Shown: positions 1 through 13,379, counted from the stretch's first letter. The stretch: 64,000 nt of DNA from Pristiophorus japonicus (GCF_044704955.1 NC_091988.1:197904001-197968000); one strand, 5' to 3'. Program-made: numbers and translations. Notes: generated by a model not told the origin, from the sequence alone.

Positions 1-240
1 ACTCCCACTGCTCTTCTTCGAAATAGTGCTGGGAGATCTTTTACAGCCACCTGAGGGAGCAGACGGGGCCTCGGTTTAACATCTCATCCTGAAAGACGGC
101 ACCTCCGACAGTGAGCACTCCCTCGGCTCGGCACTGCACTGGGAGTGTCAGCCTAGATGTATGTGCTCAAGTCCCTGGAGTGGGACTTGAACCCACAACC
201 GTCTGACTCAGAAGTGAGTGTGCTGCCCACTAAACCACAA
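1..240 (-). mobile_element. SacSINE1-like DeuSINE, 5' part (cut by window edge)
   Basis: Reverse complement carries the tRNA-like head (gtggtttagtgggcagcac...gggttcaagtcccact) and Deu-domain core (ctgtcggaggtgccgtcttt...) shared with many copies in the window. Confidence 0.8.
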
Positions 241-545
241 CTCCTCTTGTGGTTGCAGTGTCACAGACGTCAAATGCAAATGGCCGTCTTGATGTTTAGC
301 GGTGGGAAACTTGACAACAAGGTGACTTTCAGATTGCCGGCTTTTCTGGACGTTTTCTGCACGTTCCCCAATATCCGGGAAAGTCCACAGTCTGGAGGTG
401 AAAATCGCTTGGCACGGGTGAAGTTACTTCTCAGTCGCTACATGGTGCTGGGAAATTGACTCTGCAATGTAAATGGGGGTTGTTCTGTGCTCCTGGGAGC
501 CCCAGTACACTGCAGGGCCACTTGAAGTAGATGTGCTTCTGTAAG

Positions 546-930
546 CTGTCAGCTGTGGCTCAGTGGTTAGCACTCTCGCCTCTGAGTCAGTGAAAGTCCT
601 AGGTTCAAATCCCACTGCAGAGATCAAGAACAAAATCCAGGCTGGCACTCCAAGCACAGTGTTGCACTGCCGGAGGTGCTGTCTCCCGGATGAGACGCTA
701 AACCAACCAACTATTTCGAAGAAGAGCAGGCGAGTTCTCCCTGGTGTCCGGGCCAATATTTAACCGACATCAATAAAAAACAGATTATCTGGACATTATC
801 ATATTGCTGTGTGCAAATTGCCTGCCACGTTTCCCACATTACAGCGGTGATTACACTTCAAAAAGTTCTTTATTGGCTGTAAAACATTTTGGGATGCCCT
901 GAGGCGCGATACGAAATGCAAGTCTTTCTC
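546..930 (+). mobile_element. SacSINE1-like DeuSINE (internally deleted)
   Basis: tRNA-like A/B boxes (tggctcagtgg; ggttcaaatccc), Deu core, L2-type tail ending aatgcaagtctttct. Confidence 0.85.
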
Positions 931-1246
931 CTGAGAGTTCACTGATGCAGTATTAAACTCTTTGGCTGGAAGCATTGTTCTATATATCTGTGGGGCAGCA
1001 CAAAATATCCTTTAATCTCTGGTTCCACTTGACACTTGTTATTTTTGCACTCAATCCTCTGGTTCTGTGCTCTCTTTTCAAGTTAAATATCCCGCTCACA
1101 TCTACATTATCTCTGCCTTGCAGCATTTCTGATTACAGTGGTTTGCTTTGGAACGGAAGGATGCAGGATAAGATATCCACAAGCAGCATAACACTGGAAT
1201 ACACACCATCACAGTGACGCCCAGGCTCTCACGCTGTTGGTGTTAC

Positions 1247-1703
1247 CTGTGGCTCAGTGGGCTGCACTCTCTCGCCCCTGAGTCAGAAGGTCATGGATTC
1301 AAGTCCCACTCCAGAGACTTGAGCACAAAAAATCTAGGCTGACACTCCAGTGCAATACTGAGGGAGTGCTGCACTGTCGGAGGTGCCGTCTTTTGGATGA
1401 GATGTTCAATCATCTGCCCTCTCAGATGGATGTAAAAGATCCCATGGCACTTTTGAAGAAGAGCACGGGAGTTATCCCCGGTGTCCTGGGGCCAATATCT
1501 ATTCCCTCAATCAACATCACTAAAACAGATTATCTGGTCATTATCACATTGCTGTTTGTGGGAGCTTGCTGTGCGCAATTTGACTGCCGCGTTTCCCACA
1601 TTTCAGCAGTGACTACACTCCAAAAGTACTTCATTGGCTGGAAAGTGATTTTGAGATGTCTGGTGGTCGTGAAAGGCGCTATATAAATGTAAGTCTTCCT
1701 TTT
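1247..1703 (+). mobile_element. SacSINE1-like DeuSINE, near full length
   Basis: tRNA head, Deu core and tail aaggcgctatataaatgtaagtctt. Confidence 0.85.
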
Positions 1704-1960
1704 TAGTATCCCCAGTACTCCGTTAATGGATTGCGTTTGTGCAGACAGTTCGGTTCAACTAAATAGTTTAGGGAGGATCAGGGGTGTCAAAATCTCAAGC
1801 TGCGGTGAAGCCAGAACCCACGTTACCACTTGAAGTCGAACTGACTTTTTCAATATTAAATTTCACGCATGAGTGAAGCTGTGAATGGGCTGGGCACCCA
1901 AAAACACATTAGGGGGAACGTTAGCCAGAATTAGGTTAGATGTTAGGAGGTGGTCCTTTC

Positions 1961-2116
1961 CAATGTTCCCTTTAAGCCGCGCAGCTGGCCAGTCCACCAG
2001 GAAATCCACACATTAGGCTTCTCAATACAAAAACTGTGCATGTGTGGTATTTTGAATGGGCCGCTCAGCATCTTAAAGGGGCCATGAGGCACCAAAAAAG
2101 ATTACAGGGAATTTTG
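1961..2116. mobile_element. Short non-autonomous DNA transposon (hAT-like MITE), degraded
   Basis: Ends caatgttccct...agggaattttg form an imperfect TIR; a related left end (caatgttccctgtaagccg) interrupts the L2 at ~13582. Confidence 0.4.
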
Positions 2117-2135
2117 GTCCTTTCTCCAGAGAATA

Positions 2136-2611
2136 GTGTCCTGGGAGGACAGACGCACCAGTGTTAGCGTCCTCGAACAGGCCAACATCCCCAAGATCGA
2201 AGCACTGACCACGCTCGCTCAGCTCCGTTGGGCGGGCCACATTGTCTGCATGCCTGACATAAGACTCCCAAAGCAAATGTTCTACTCGGCAAGTGAGCCC
2301 CACGTGGGCAGAGGAAACGTTTCAACGACACTCTCAAAGCCTCCTTGATAAAGTACAATATCCCCACCGGCACCTGGGAGTCCCTGGCCAAAGACTGCCC
2401 TAAGTGGAGGAAGAGTATCCGGGAGGGCGCTGAGCACCTCGAGTCTCGTCGCTGAGTGCATGCAGAAAATAAGCGCAGGCAGTTCAACCACTGTCTGTCC
2501 CACCTGTGACAGAGACTGTAATTCCTGTACTGGACTGTACAGTCACCTGAGAACTTACTTTTAGAGTGGAAGCAAGTCTTCCTCGATTTCAAGGAACTGC
2601 CTATGATGATG
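2136..2611 (+). mobile_element. RTE-clade LINE 3' fragment
   Basis: Translation SWEDRRTSVSVL...QLRWAGHIVCMPDIRLPKQ is typical of the RTE ORF C-terminus; ends in an (atg)n tail. Confidence 0.85.
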
Positions 2612-2839
2612 AGTGAACATGTGGAATCATTGCAAGGCTGTTATCTTCTGATTCCAGATGGCGATTATAAACCATTCAATGAAATTATCACCTTGTAATG
2701 CCTCCCAGTAGACCAATTGCCTTTCCCAGTTACTTATTAACCAATGCGTGACACGTTTAAGAAATAAGTCACTTATATCTATTATTTCTAGGGCTGGATA
2801 TCCATCTGGGGCAGTAGTGCCACTGGAGGCTGGTTTCAT

Positions 2840-3110
2840 TGAATCATAGAATGGTTACAGCACGGATGAAGGCCATTTGGCCCGTCGAGCCCGTTCCGAC
2901 CTTCTGCCAGTCCCACTGCCCTTCCCTCTCCCCGAAGCCCTGCAATTTTTTTCCCTTCAGGTATTTATCCAACTCCCTTTTGAAAGATAAAATTGAGTCT
3001 GCCTCCACCACCCTTTCAGGCCGTGCATTCCCGATCCTAGCCACTCGCTGCATAAAAAGGTTTTTCTTACGTTGTCTTTGGTTCTTTTGCCAATCCCCTT
3101 AAATCTGTGT
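2840..3110 (-). mobile_element. CR1 LINE 3' fragment
   Basis: Translation PERVVEADSILSFKRELDKYL; (ttctatga)-type tail. Confidence 0.85.
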
Positions 3111-3442
3111 CATAGAAACATAGAAACATAGAAAATAGGTGCAGGAGTAGGCCATTCGGCCCTTCGAGCCTGCACAGCCATTCAATGAGTTCATGGCTGA
3201 ACATGCAACTTCAGTACCCCATTCCTGCTTTCTCGCCATACCCCTTGATCCCCCTAGTAGTAAGGACTACATCTAACTCCTTTTTGAATATATTTAGTGA
3301 ATTGGCCTCAACAACTTTCTGTGGTAGAGAATTCCACAGGTTCACCACTCTCTGGGTGAAGATGTTTCTCCTCATCTCAGTCCTAAATGGCTTACCCCTT
3401 ATCCTTAGATTGTGACCCCTGGTTCTGGACTTCCCCAACATT
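3111..3442 (-). mobile_element. CR1 LINE 3' fragment, young subfamily
   Basis: MLGKSRTRGHNL...WNSLPQKVVEANSLNIFKKELD; (ttctatgt)n tail; nearly identical to the 3' ends at ~17000 and ~54300. Confidence 0.9.
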
Positions 3443-6400
3443 AATAAGAATATAAGAACATAAGAATTAGGAACAGGAGTAGGCCATCTAGCCCCTCGAG
3501 CCTGCTCCGCCATTCAACAAGATCATGGCTGATCTGGCCGTGGACTCAGCTCCACTTACCTGCCCGCTCTCCATAACCCTTAATTCCCTTATTGGTTAAA
3601 AATCTATCTATCTGTGATTTGAATATATTCAATGAGCTAGCCTCAACTGCTTCCTTGGGCAGAGAATTCCACAGATTCACAACCCTCTGGGAGAAGAAAT
3701 TCCTTCTCAACTCGGTTTTAAATTGGCTCCCCCGTATTTTGAGGCTGTGCCCCCTAGTTCTAGTCTCCCCGACCAGTGGAAACAACCTCTCTGCCTCTAT
3801 CCTGTCTATCACCTTCATTATTTTAAATGTTTCTATAAGATCACCCCTCATCCTTCTGAACTCCAACGAGTAAAGACCCAGTCTACTCAATCTACATCAT
3901 AAGGTAACCCCCTCACCTCCGGAATCAGCCTAGTGAATCGTCTCTGTACCCCTTCCAAAGCTAGTATATCCTTCCTTACGGCCTCACCAATACCCTGTAC
4001 AGTTGCAGCAGGACCTCCCTGCTTTTGTACTCCATCCCTCTCGCAATGAAGGCCAACATTCAATTCGCCTTCCTGATTACCTGCTGCACCTGCAAACTAA
4101 CTTTTTGGGATTTATGCACATGCACCCCCAGGTCCCTCTGCACCGCAGCATGTTGTAATTTCTCCCCATTCAAATAATATTTCCTTTTACTGTTTTTTTT
4201 TCCAAGGTGGATGACCTCACATTTTCCGACATTGTATTCTATCTGCCAAACCTTAGCCCATTCGCTTAACCTATCTAAATTTCTTTGCAGCCTCTCTGTG
4301 TCCTCTACACAACCCGTTTTCCCACTAATCTTTGTGTCATCTGCAAATTTTGTTACACTGCACTCTGTCCCCTCTTCCAGGTCATCTATGTATATTGTAA
4401 ACAGTTGTGGTCCCAGCACTGATCCCTGTGGCACACCACTAACCACCGATTTCCAACCCAAAAAGGACCCATTTATCCTGACTCTCTGCTTTCTGTTAGC
4501 CAGCCAATTCTCGATCCATGCTAATACATTTCCTCTGACTCCGCGTACCTTTATCTTCTGCAGTAACCTTTTGTGTGGCACCTTATCGAATGCCTTTTGG
4601 AAATCTAAATACACCACATCCATCGGTACACCTTTATCCACTATGCTCGTTATATCCTCGAAGAATTTCAGTAAATTAGTTACACATGATTTCCCCTTCA
4701 TGAATCCATGTTGCATCTGCTTGATTGCACTATTCCTATCTAGATGTCCTGCTATTTCTTCCTTAATGATAGCTTCAAGCATTTTCCCCACTACAGAAAT
4801 TAAACTAACCAGCCTATAGTTACCTGCCTTTTGTCTGCCCCCTTTTTTAAACAGAGACGTTACATTAGCTGCTTTCCAATCTGATGGCACCTCCCCAGAG
4901 TCCAGAGAATTTTGGTAGATTATAACGAATGCATCTGCTATAACTTCCGCCCTCTCTTTTAATACCCTGGGATGCATTTCATCAGGACCAGGGCACTTGT
5001 CTACCTTGAGTCCCATTAGCCTGTCCAGCACTACCCCCCTAGTGATAGTGAATGTCTCAAGGTCCTCCCTTCCCACATTCCCGTGACCAACAATTTTTGG
5101 CATGGTTTTTGTGTCTTCCACTGTGAAGACCGAAGCAAAATAATTGTTTAAGGTCTCAGCCATTTCCACATTTCCCATTATTAAATCCCCCTTCTCATCT
5201 TCTAAGGGACCAACATTTACTTTAGTCACTCTTTTGCGTTTTATATATCGGTAAAAGCTTTTACTATCTGTTTTTATGTTTTGCGCAAGTTTACCTTCGT
5301 AATCTATCTTTTCTTTCTTTATTGCTTTCTTAGTCATTCTTTGCTGTCGTTTAGAAATTTCCCAATCTTCTAGTTTCCCACTAACCTTGGCCACCTTATA
5401 CGCATTGGTTTTTAATGTGATACTCTCCTTTATTTCCTTGGTTATCCACGGCTGGTTATCCCTTCTCTTACCGCTCTTCTTTTGCACTGGAATATATTTT
5501 GGTTGAGCACTATGAAAGAGCTCCTTAAAAGTCCTCCACTGTTCCTCAATTGTGCCACCGTTTAGTCTGTGTTCCCAGTCTACTTTAGCCAATTCTGCCC
5601 TCATCCCACTGTAGTCCCCTTTGTTGAAGCATAGTACGCTCGTTTGAGACATTACTTCCTCACCCTCAATCTGTATTACAAATTCAACCATACTGTGATC
5701 ACTCATTCCGAGAGGATCTTTACTAGGAGATCGTTTATTATTCCTGTCTCATTACACAGGATCAGATCTAAGATAGCTTGCTCCCTTGTAGGTTCTGTAA
5801 CATACTGTTCTAATGAACAATCTCGTATGCATTCTATGAATTCCTCCTCCAGGCTACCCCGTGCGATTTGATTTGACCAATCGATATGTAGGTTAAAATC
5901 CCCCATGATTATTGCCGTTCCTTTTTCACATGCCTCCATTATTCCCTTGATTATTGCCCGCCCCACCGTGAAGTTATTATTTGGGGGCCTATAAACTACG
6001 CCCACCAGTGACTTTTTCCCCTTACTATCTCTAATCTCCACCCACAATGATTCAACATTTTGTTCATTAGAGGCAATATCGTCTCTCACAACTGCCCTGA
6101 TATCATCCTTTATTAACAGAGCTACCCCACCTCCTCTCCCTTCTTGGCTATCTTTCCGAATTGTCAGATACCCCTGTATGTTTAATTCCCAGTCTTGGCC
6201 ACCCTGCAACCACGTTTCAGTAGTGGCCACCAAATCATACCCATTTGTAATCATTTGTGCCGTCAACTCATTTACTTTGTTTCGAATGCTGCTTGCGTTT
6301 AGGTAAAGTGTTTTAATACTAGTTTTTAAACCATGATTTTTAGTTTTGACCCCTCTTGCAGCCCCTTTATATTCATACATATTGTCTCTTCCTATCACCT

Positions 6401-6700
6401 TGTGGTTTACACTTACCCCAGTGCTAATCTGCTCTGTTGCCTCCTGCCTATTGCATTCTTTCTTGGGGTTCTGTTCATCTGAGCTCTCACCCACTCTAAC
6501 TAGCTCAGAACCCTCTCCTAGGTTCCCATCCCCCTGCCAAGCTAGTTTAAAGCCCTCCCAACCGTACTATCAAAACCACCTGCGAGAACATTGGTCCCGT
6601 CTCTGTTGAGGTGTAACCTGTCCGACTTGTACAGGTCCCACCTTCCCCAGAAGCGGTCCCAATTGTTCAGGAAACTAAAGCCCTCCCTCCTACACCAACA
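3443..6700 (-). mobile_element. Long CR1 LINE: end of ORF1 (SGNH esterase), ORF2 endonuclease and reverse transcriptase, frameshifted
   Basis: ORF 6542-6790 contains NWDRFWGRWDLYKSDRLHLN; ORF 5703-6494 has APE motifs TETWL, GVVYRPP, MGDFN; ORF 4060-5706 has [25 protein letters not shown]; (ttcttatg)n tail. Confidence 0.95.
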
Positions 6701-7447
6701 GGAAAGTGGAGAGCACCAGTTCCAACTGTCGCAGGAGAGAGAGTGGAGAGCATCAGTTCCCACTGTCACAGGACAGAGAGTGGAGAGCATCAGTTCCCAC
6801 TGTCACAGGACAGAGAGTGGAGAGCATCAGTTCCCACTGTCACAGGACAGAGAGTGGAGAGCATCAGTTCCCACTGTCACAGGACAGAGAGTGGAGAGCA
6901 TCAGTTCCCACTGTCACAGGACAGAGAGTGGAGAGCACCAGTTCCAACTGTCGCAGGAGAGAGAGTGGAGAGCATCAGTTCCCACTGTCACAGGACAGAG
7001 AGTGGAGAGCATCAGTTCCAACTGTCACAGGACGGAAGAGTGGAGAGCACCAGTTCCCACTGTCACAGGACAGAGAGTGGAGAGCATCAGTTCCAACTGT
7101 CACAGGACGGAAGAGTGGAGAGCACCAGTTCCAACTGTCACAGGACAGAGAGTGGAGAGCACCAGTTCCAACTGTCACAGGACAGAGAGTGGAGAGCACC
7201 AGTTCCAACTGTCATAGGACAGAGAGTGGAGAGCACCAGTTCCAACTGTCACAGGACAGAGAGTGGAGAGCACCAGTTCCAACTGTCACAGGACAGAGAG
7301 TGGAGAGCACCAGTTCCAACTGTCACAGGACAGAAAGTGGAGAGCACCAGCTCCAACTGTCACAGGACAGAGAGTGGAGAGCACCAGTTCCCACTGTCAC
7401 AGGAGAGAGAGTGCAGAGCACCAGTTCCCACTGTCATAGGAGAGAGC
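6700..7447. repeat. 37-bp minisatellite, about 20 copies
   Basis: Unit gagagtggagagca(c/t)cagttcc(a/c)actgtcacaggaca repeated head to tail with few variants. Confidence 0.97.
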
Positions 7448-7482
7448 TGGTGTCCTCTGGTTCTCCAATGGGAACAGCTTCA

Positions 7483-10385
7483 CAGAAACATAGAAACATA
7501 GAAAATAGGTGCAGGAGTAGGCCATTCGGCCCTTCGAGCCTGCACCACCATTCAATAAGATCATGGCTGATCATTCCCTAAGTACCCCTTTCCTGCTTTC
7601 TCTCCATACCCCTTGATCCCCTTAGCCATAAAGGCCATATCTAACTCCCTCTTGAATATATCCAATGAACTGGCATCAACAACTCTCTGCGGCAGGGAAT
7701 TCCACAGGTTAACAACTCTCTGAGTGAAGAAGTTTCTCCTCATCTCAGCCCTAAATGGCCTACCCCTTCTCCTAAGACTGTGTCCCCTGGTTCTGGACTT
7801 CCCCAACATTGGGAACATTCTTCCCGCATCGAACCTGTCCCATCCCGTCAGAATCTTATATGTTCCTATGAGATCCCCTCTCATCCTTCTACACTCCAGT
7901 GTATAAAGACCCAGTTGATCCAGTCTCTCTTCATATGTCAGTCCAGCCATCCCGGGAATCAATCTGGTGAACCTTCGCTGCACTCCCTCAATAGCAAGAA
8001 CGTCCTTCCTCAGATTAGGAGAACAAAACTGAGCACAATATTCCAGGTGAGGCCTCACCAAGGCCCTGTACAACTGCAGTAAGACCTCCCTGCTCCTATA
8101 CTCAAATCGCCTAGCTATGAAGGCCAACACACCATTTGTCTTCTTCATCGCCTGCTGTATCTGTATGCCAACTTTCAATGACTGATGAACCATGACACCC
8201 AGGTCTCATTGCACCTCCCCTTTTCCTAATCTGCTGCCATTCAGATAATATTCTGTCTTCACGTTTTTGTCCCCAAAGTGGATAACCTCACATTTATCCA
8301 CATTATACTGCATCTGCCATGTATTTGCCCACTCACCTAACCTGTCCAAGTCACCCTGCAGCCTCTTAGCGTCCCCCTCACAGCTCACACCGCCACCCAG
8401 TTTAGTGTCATCTGCAAACTTGGAGATATTGCACTCAATTCCTGCATCTAAATCAATGATGTATATTGTAAAGAGCTGGGGTCCCAGCACTGAGCCCTGC
8501 AGCACTCCACTAGTCACTGCCTGCTATTCTGAAAAGGACCCATTTATCCCGACTCTCTGCTTCCTGTCTGCCAACCAATTCTTTATCCACGTCAGTATAT
8601 TACCCCAATACCGTGTGCTTTGATTTTGCACAACAATCTCTGTGTGGGACCTTGTCAAAAGTCTTTTGAAAGTCCAAATACATCACATCCACTGGTTCTC
8701 CCTTGTCCACTCTACTAGTTACATCCTCAAAAGATTCCAGAAGATTTGTCAAGCATGATTTCCCCTTGATAAATCCATGCTGACTTGGACCGATCCTGTC
8801 ACTGCTTTCCAAATGCACTGCTATTTCATCTTTAATAATTGATTCCAACATTTTCCCCACTACTGATGTCAGGCTAACCGGTCTATAATTCCCCATTTTC
8901 TCTCTCCCTCCCTTTTTAAAAAGTGGTGTTACATTAGCTACCATCCAGTCCATAGGAACTGACGCAGAGTCGATAGACTGTTGGAAAATGATCACCAATG
9001 CATCCACTATTTCTAGGGCCACTTCCTTAAGTACTCTGGGATGCAGACTATCAGGCCCCAGGATTTATCAGCCTTCAATCCCATCAATTTCCATAACACA
9101 ATTTCTCGCCTAATAAGGATATCCTTCAGTTCCTCCTTCTCACTAGACCCTCGGTCCCCTAGTACTTCCAGAAGGTTATTTGTGTCTTCCTTCATGAAGA
9201 CAGAACCAAAGTATTTGTTCAATTGGTTTGCCATTTTTTTGTTTTCCATTATAAATTCACCTGATTCTGACTGCAAGGGATCTACGTTTGTCTTCATTAA
9301 TCTTTTTCTCTTCATATATCTATAGAAGCTATTGCAGTCAGTTTTTATGTTCCTAGCAAGCTTCCGCTCATACTCTATTTTCCCCCTCCTAATTAAACCC
9401 TTTGTTCTCCTCTGCTGAATTCTAAATTTCTCCCAGTCCTCAGGTTTGCTGCTTTTTCTGGCAATTTAAATGCCTCTTCCTTGGATTTAACACTATCCTT
9501 AATTTCCCTTTTAAGCCATTGTTGAGCCACCTTCCCCGTTTTATTTTTACTCCAGACAGGGATGTACAATTGCTGAAGTTCATCCATGTGATCTTTAAAT
9601 GTTTGCCATTGCCTATCCACGGTCAACCCTTTAAGTATCAATTCACGCCTCAAACCATTGAAGTTACCTTTTCTTAAGTTCAGGACCCTAGTTTCTGAAT
9701 TAACTGTGTCACTCTCCATCTTAATAAAGAATTCTTCCATATTATGGTCACTCTTCCCGAAGGGGCCTCGCACAAGATTGCTAATTAGTCCTTTCTCATT
9801 ACACATCACCCAGTCTAGGATGGCCAGCTCCCTGGTTGGTTCCTCGACATATTGGTCCAGAAAACTGTTCCTAATACACTCCAGGAAATCCTCCTCCACC
9901 CCATTGCTACCAGTTTGGTTCGCCCAATCAATATGTAGATTAAAGTCACCCATGATGTACCTTTATTGCATTAATCCCTAATTTCTTGTTTGATGCTGTT
10001 CTCAACCTCACTACTGCTGTTTGGTGGCCTGTACACAACTCCCACTAGCGTTTTCTGCCCTTTGGTATTCTGCAGCTCCACCCATACCGATTCCACATCA
10101 TCCAGGCTAATGTCCTTTCTTACTATTGCATTAATTTCTTCTTTAACCAGCAATGCTACCCCACCTCCTTTTCCTTTCTGTCTATCCTTCCTGAATGTTG
10201 AATACCCCTGGATGTTGAGTTCCCAGCCTTAGTCACACTGGAGCCATGTCTCTGTGATGCCAATTACATCATAACCGTTAACTGCTATCTGTGCAGTTAA
10301 TTCGTCCACCTTATTCCAAATACTCCTCGCATTGAGGCACAGAGCCTTCAGGCTTGTCTTTCTAACACACTTTGTCCCTTGAGAA
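7483..10385 (-). mobile_element. CR1 LINE ORF2 (endonuclease + RT), disrupted
   Basis: Successive ORF fragments [52 protein letters not shown]; (ttctatgt)n tail at 7483. Confidence 0.95.
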
Positions 10386-10395
10386 TCTTGCTGTA

Positions 10396-10645
10396 ATGAT
10401 CTACTCTGACCAGACCCCTCATGATTTTGAACACCTCTATCAAATCTCCTCTCAACCTTCTCTGCTCTAAAGAGAACAACCTCAGCTTCTCCAGTCTAGC
10501 CATGTAACTGAAGTCCCTCATTCCTGGAATCATTGTTGCAAATCTTTTCTGCATCTTCTCCAAGGCCTTCACATCCTTCCTAAAGTGCGGTGCCCAGAAT
10601 TGGACACAATACTCCAGTTGGGTCCGAACCAGTGTTTTATATAGG
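10396..10645 (-). mobile_element. CR1 ORF2 internal fragment
   Basis: LYKTLVRTQLEYCVQFWAPHFRKD...LRGDLIEVFKI. Confidence 0.85.
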
Positions 10646-11076
10646 TTCATCATAATTTCCTTGTTGGCGCGGGACCTCTGCCAGTTGCTCCGTCGTGTGC
10701 CTGACCCCACCTTCCTGAGGTCGGGGTCATAACACATGTAGGACGGGCTCCTGACATTAGCAGAGGGAGTCTGCCAATGGCGGTCAGGCAAATCCAGTGG
10801 AGCTGCGGCAGAGAGGAGGCAACATCAAAGGGTGGGAGAGATACGGTTTGGGGCATACGACCCCTGAAGACTTCCAGCAAGGTTTGGCAGAAGGGCTGTG
10901 AATCAGCCATGAATATCCATTTGCCGATGTGGAGAGGGCAGAAGAGAGGGAGAGTTTGCTCGCATCTGGGTCCTCTCTCCCCATTTGTAGGTCCGCTTCC
11001 CTTCTTGTCGCTGCCGATATCAGTGCCGCCGCCCCTTCCTCTGTTCTTACCTGGGGTAACTGCATGCCATTGAGTA

Positions 11077-11495
11077 ACAGCCATGGTTCAGCAGGTAGAA
11101 ACCTTACCTTTAAGTCAGATTGCTGTGGGGTGAAACCCCACTCCAGAGACTTGACCTCAGAATCTAGACTGGCGCTCTAGTGGAGTACTGAGGGAACGCT
11201 GCACTGTCGGAGTTGCCGTCTTTTGGATGAGATGTTAAACCGAAGCCTCTTCTGCCCTCTCAGGTGGGCATAAAAGGTCCTACGACATTATTTCAAAAAA
11301 GAGCAGAGGTGTCCTGGCCAACACCTAAATACGAATTATCTGATCATTATCACGCTACTGTTTGTGGGAGCTTGCTGTGTGTAAATTGGCTGCAGCGTTT
11401 CCTACATTACAACAGCGACTACACTTCAAAAGTAGGTAATTGGCTGTAAAGGTGCTTTGGGACGTCCTGAGGTCACGAAAGGCGCTATATCAATC
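11077..11495 (+). mobile_element. SacSINE1-like DeuSINE
   Basis: tRNA head, Deu core, aaaggcgctatat tail. Confidence 0.8.
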
Positions 11496-11929
11496 CAGGT
11501 TCGATCATGACTCCTGTACCGCAGGCCGAATGTGTCACTGAGGATGTCCATTGTTGGGCACTGTGAATGTTCAGGCCGGTCGATTCCACCTGGCAATAAG
11601 AATTAATGAAGGGCTTTTATACAGCTCTTCAGGCGTGTTCGAAATAATCTAGCCCTTGTGTTAGGCTTCCTGCACAGGCTCGAAAACCTGTGTCAGAGGT
11701 TCGACGCACAAAGGGCGCTCTTGTCCTCTCTCCTGTGCCTGCAATTCAGCTTGTTTACTCCGCTCTGTACTCTAACTTTAACAGATAAATTTCAAATGTC
11801 ACCAGGGACAGATTACACCACTGTGAGTTGAGTCCACCCTCGAGCCAATGCTTTAGAGAACAGAAAATACATAATAGAAGGACCTCTTCTCGCGAAGGAC
11901 AAGGCAGACTAGCACTAGGGTTTATTTCT

Positions 11930-12460
11930 GATCACCATATTATAAAAAGGATATAGAGGCGCTGGAGAGGGTGCAGAGAAGATTTACAAGGATGATACCA
12001 GAAATGCAAAGGTATACATATCAGGAAATGATGAACAGGCTGGGTCTCTTTACTATTGAAAAAAGGCGGTTGTGGGGTGACCTAATAGAGATCTTTAAAA
12101 TGATGAAAGGTTTTGATAGAGTGGATACAGAGAGAATGTTTCCGTTTGTGGAGAAGAGCATAACTAGAGGCCATCAATATAAGATAGTCACCAAGAAATC
12201 CAATGGGGAATTCAGCAGAAACTTCTTTACCCAGAGAGTGGTGAGAATGTGGAACTCGCTGTCACAGGGAGTGGTTGAAGTGAATAGTATCGATGCATTT
12301 AAGGGGAGGCTAGACAAGCATATGAGGGAGAAGGGAATAGAGGGTTATGCTGATAGATTTAGATGAGGAAAGACGGGAGGAGGCGCAAGTGGAGCATAAA
12401 CGCGGGCATGGACTGGTTGGGCCGAATGGCCTGTTTCTGTGCTGTATATCCTGTGTAATC
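11930..12460 (+). mobile_element. CR1 3' fragment
   Basis: ORF 11971-12366 QRRFTRMIP...WNSLSQGVVEVNSIDAFKGRLD. Confidence 0.85.
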
Positions 12461-12537
12461 CAGACCCTATGTTTATATAATTATTCCTAATAGTCAAACA
12501 CTATTAAAGTATATACATTGATCATATGTTGCGTCCA

Positions 12538-12950
12538 CTAGGCTCGTATTCCCTTTAGTGTAGAAGATTAAGGGGTGATCTAAATGAGGTGTTTGAGATG
12601 ATCAAAGGAGCTGATAGGGTAGAGAGAGAGAGAAACTGTTTACTCTGGTGGGGCAAGTCCAGAACAAGGGGGCATAACCTTAAAATTAGAGCCAGGCCGT
12701 TCATGGTGATGTCAGGAAGCATTTCACACAAAGGGGAGTGGAAATCTGGAACTCTCTCCCCTCAAAAAGCTGTTGAGGCTGGGGGGGTCAATTGAAACTT
12801 TCCAAACTGAGATTGTTAGATTTTCTTTCGGTAAAAGTGTATTAAGAGTTACAGAACCAAGATGGAGTTAAGATACAGATCAGCGGTGGTCTAACAGAAT
12901 GGCGGAACAGGTTTGAGGGGCTGAGTGGCCTCCTCCTGCTCCGATGTTTC
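12538..12950 (+). mobile_element. CR1 3' fragment, older
   Basis: GKSRTRGHNLKI; degenerate CR1 3' UTR. Confidence 0.75.
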
Positions 12951-13379
12951 TATCACAGTTGGCATTCATGTATTGAAGAACTAGAGTAATGAACTGTCTC
13001 TAACTGCATGTATGCATTCGTTAACACCTGGGTCTAAAGCTGATCCAGTTCCATGACACTGATACCGTTACACAGCAACCACTAAACCCCGATACAGTCT
13101 GCCGTTCATTTCAAGTTTCTGAATTCAAATGATCTGATGATTAAAAATTCTTTTCAAGCACAGAATTCTCGCTTTGCTGAATTATTTATATTACTTAATT
13201 AAAATAATTGGATAATGCAATTTATTATTGGTTGGAACAAAATGACTTTAAATGATCAACAATTGAGCAGTATAATTTTTTAAAAAACAGCTAATTAGTA
13301 GTTCCCCTTCGATATCTCATTCCATCATCTTGTCCATTCAGGCACAGGAGCGGAGGTGTCCTCTGGGAATGTGTGTGTG

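Noticed and set aside
1247-1320. tRNA genes
   Set aside because: A/B boxes here and elsewhere are SINE heads that continue into the Deu domain.
4060-5706. Domesticated or active RT gene
   Set aside because: Part of a 5'-truncated, frameshifted CR1 copy; the Gypsy ORFs are likewise broken by stops and frameshifts.
6591-7581. Long repetitive ORFs (208-291 aa) in three frames
   Set aside because: Translation of the stop-free 37-bp minisatellite; no splice or protein-family evidence.
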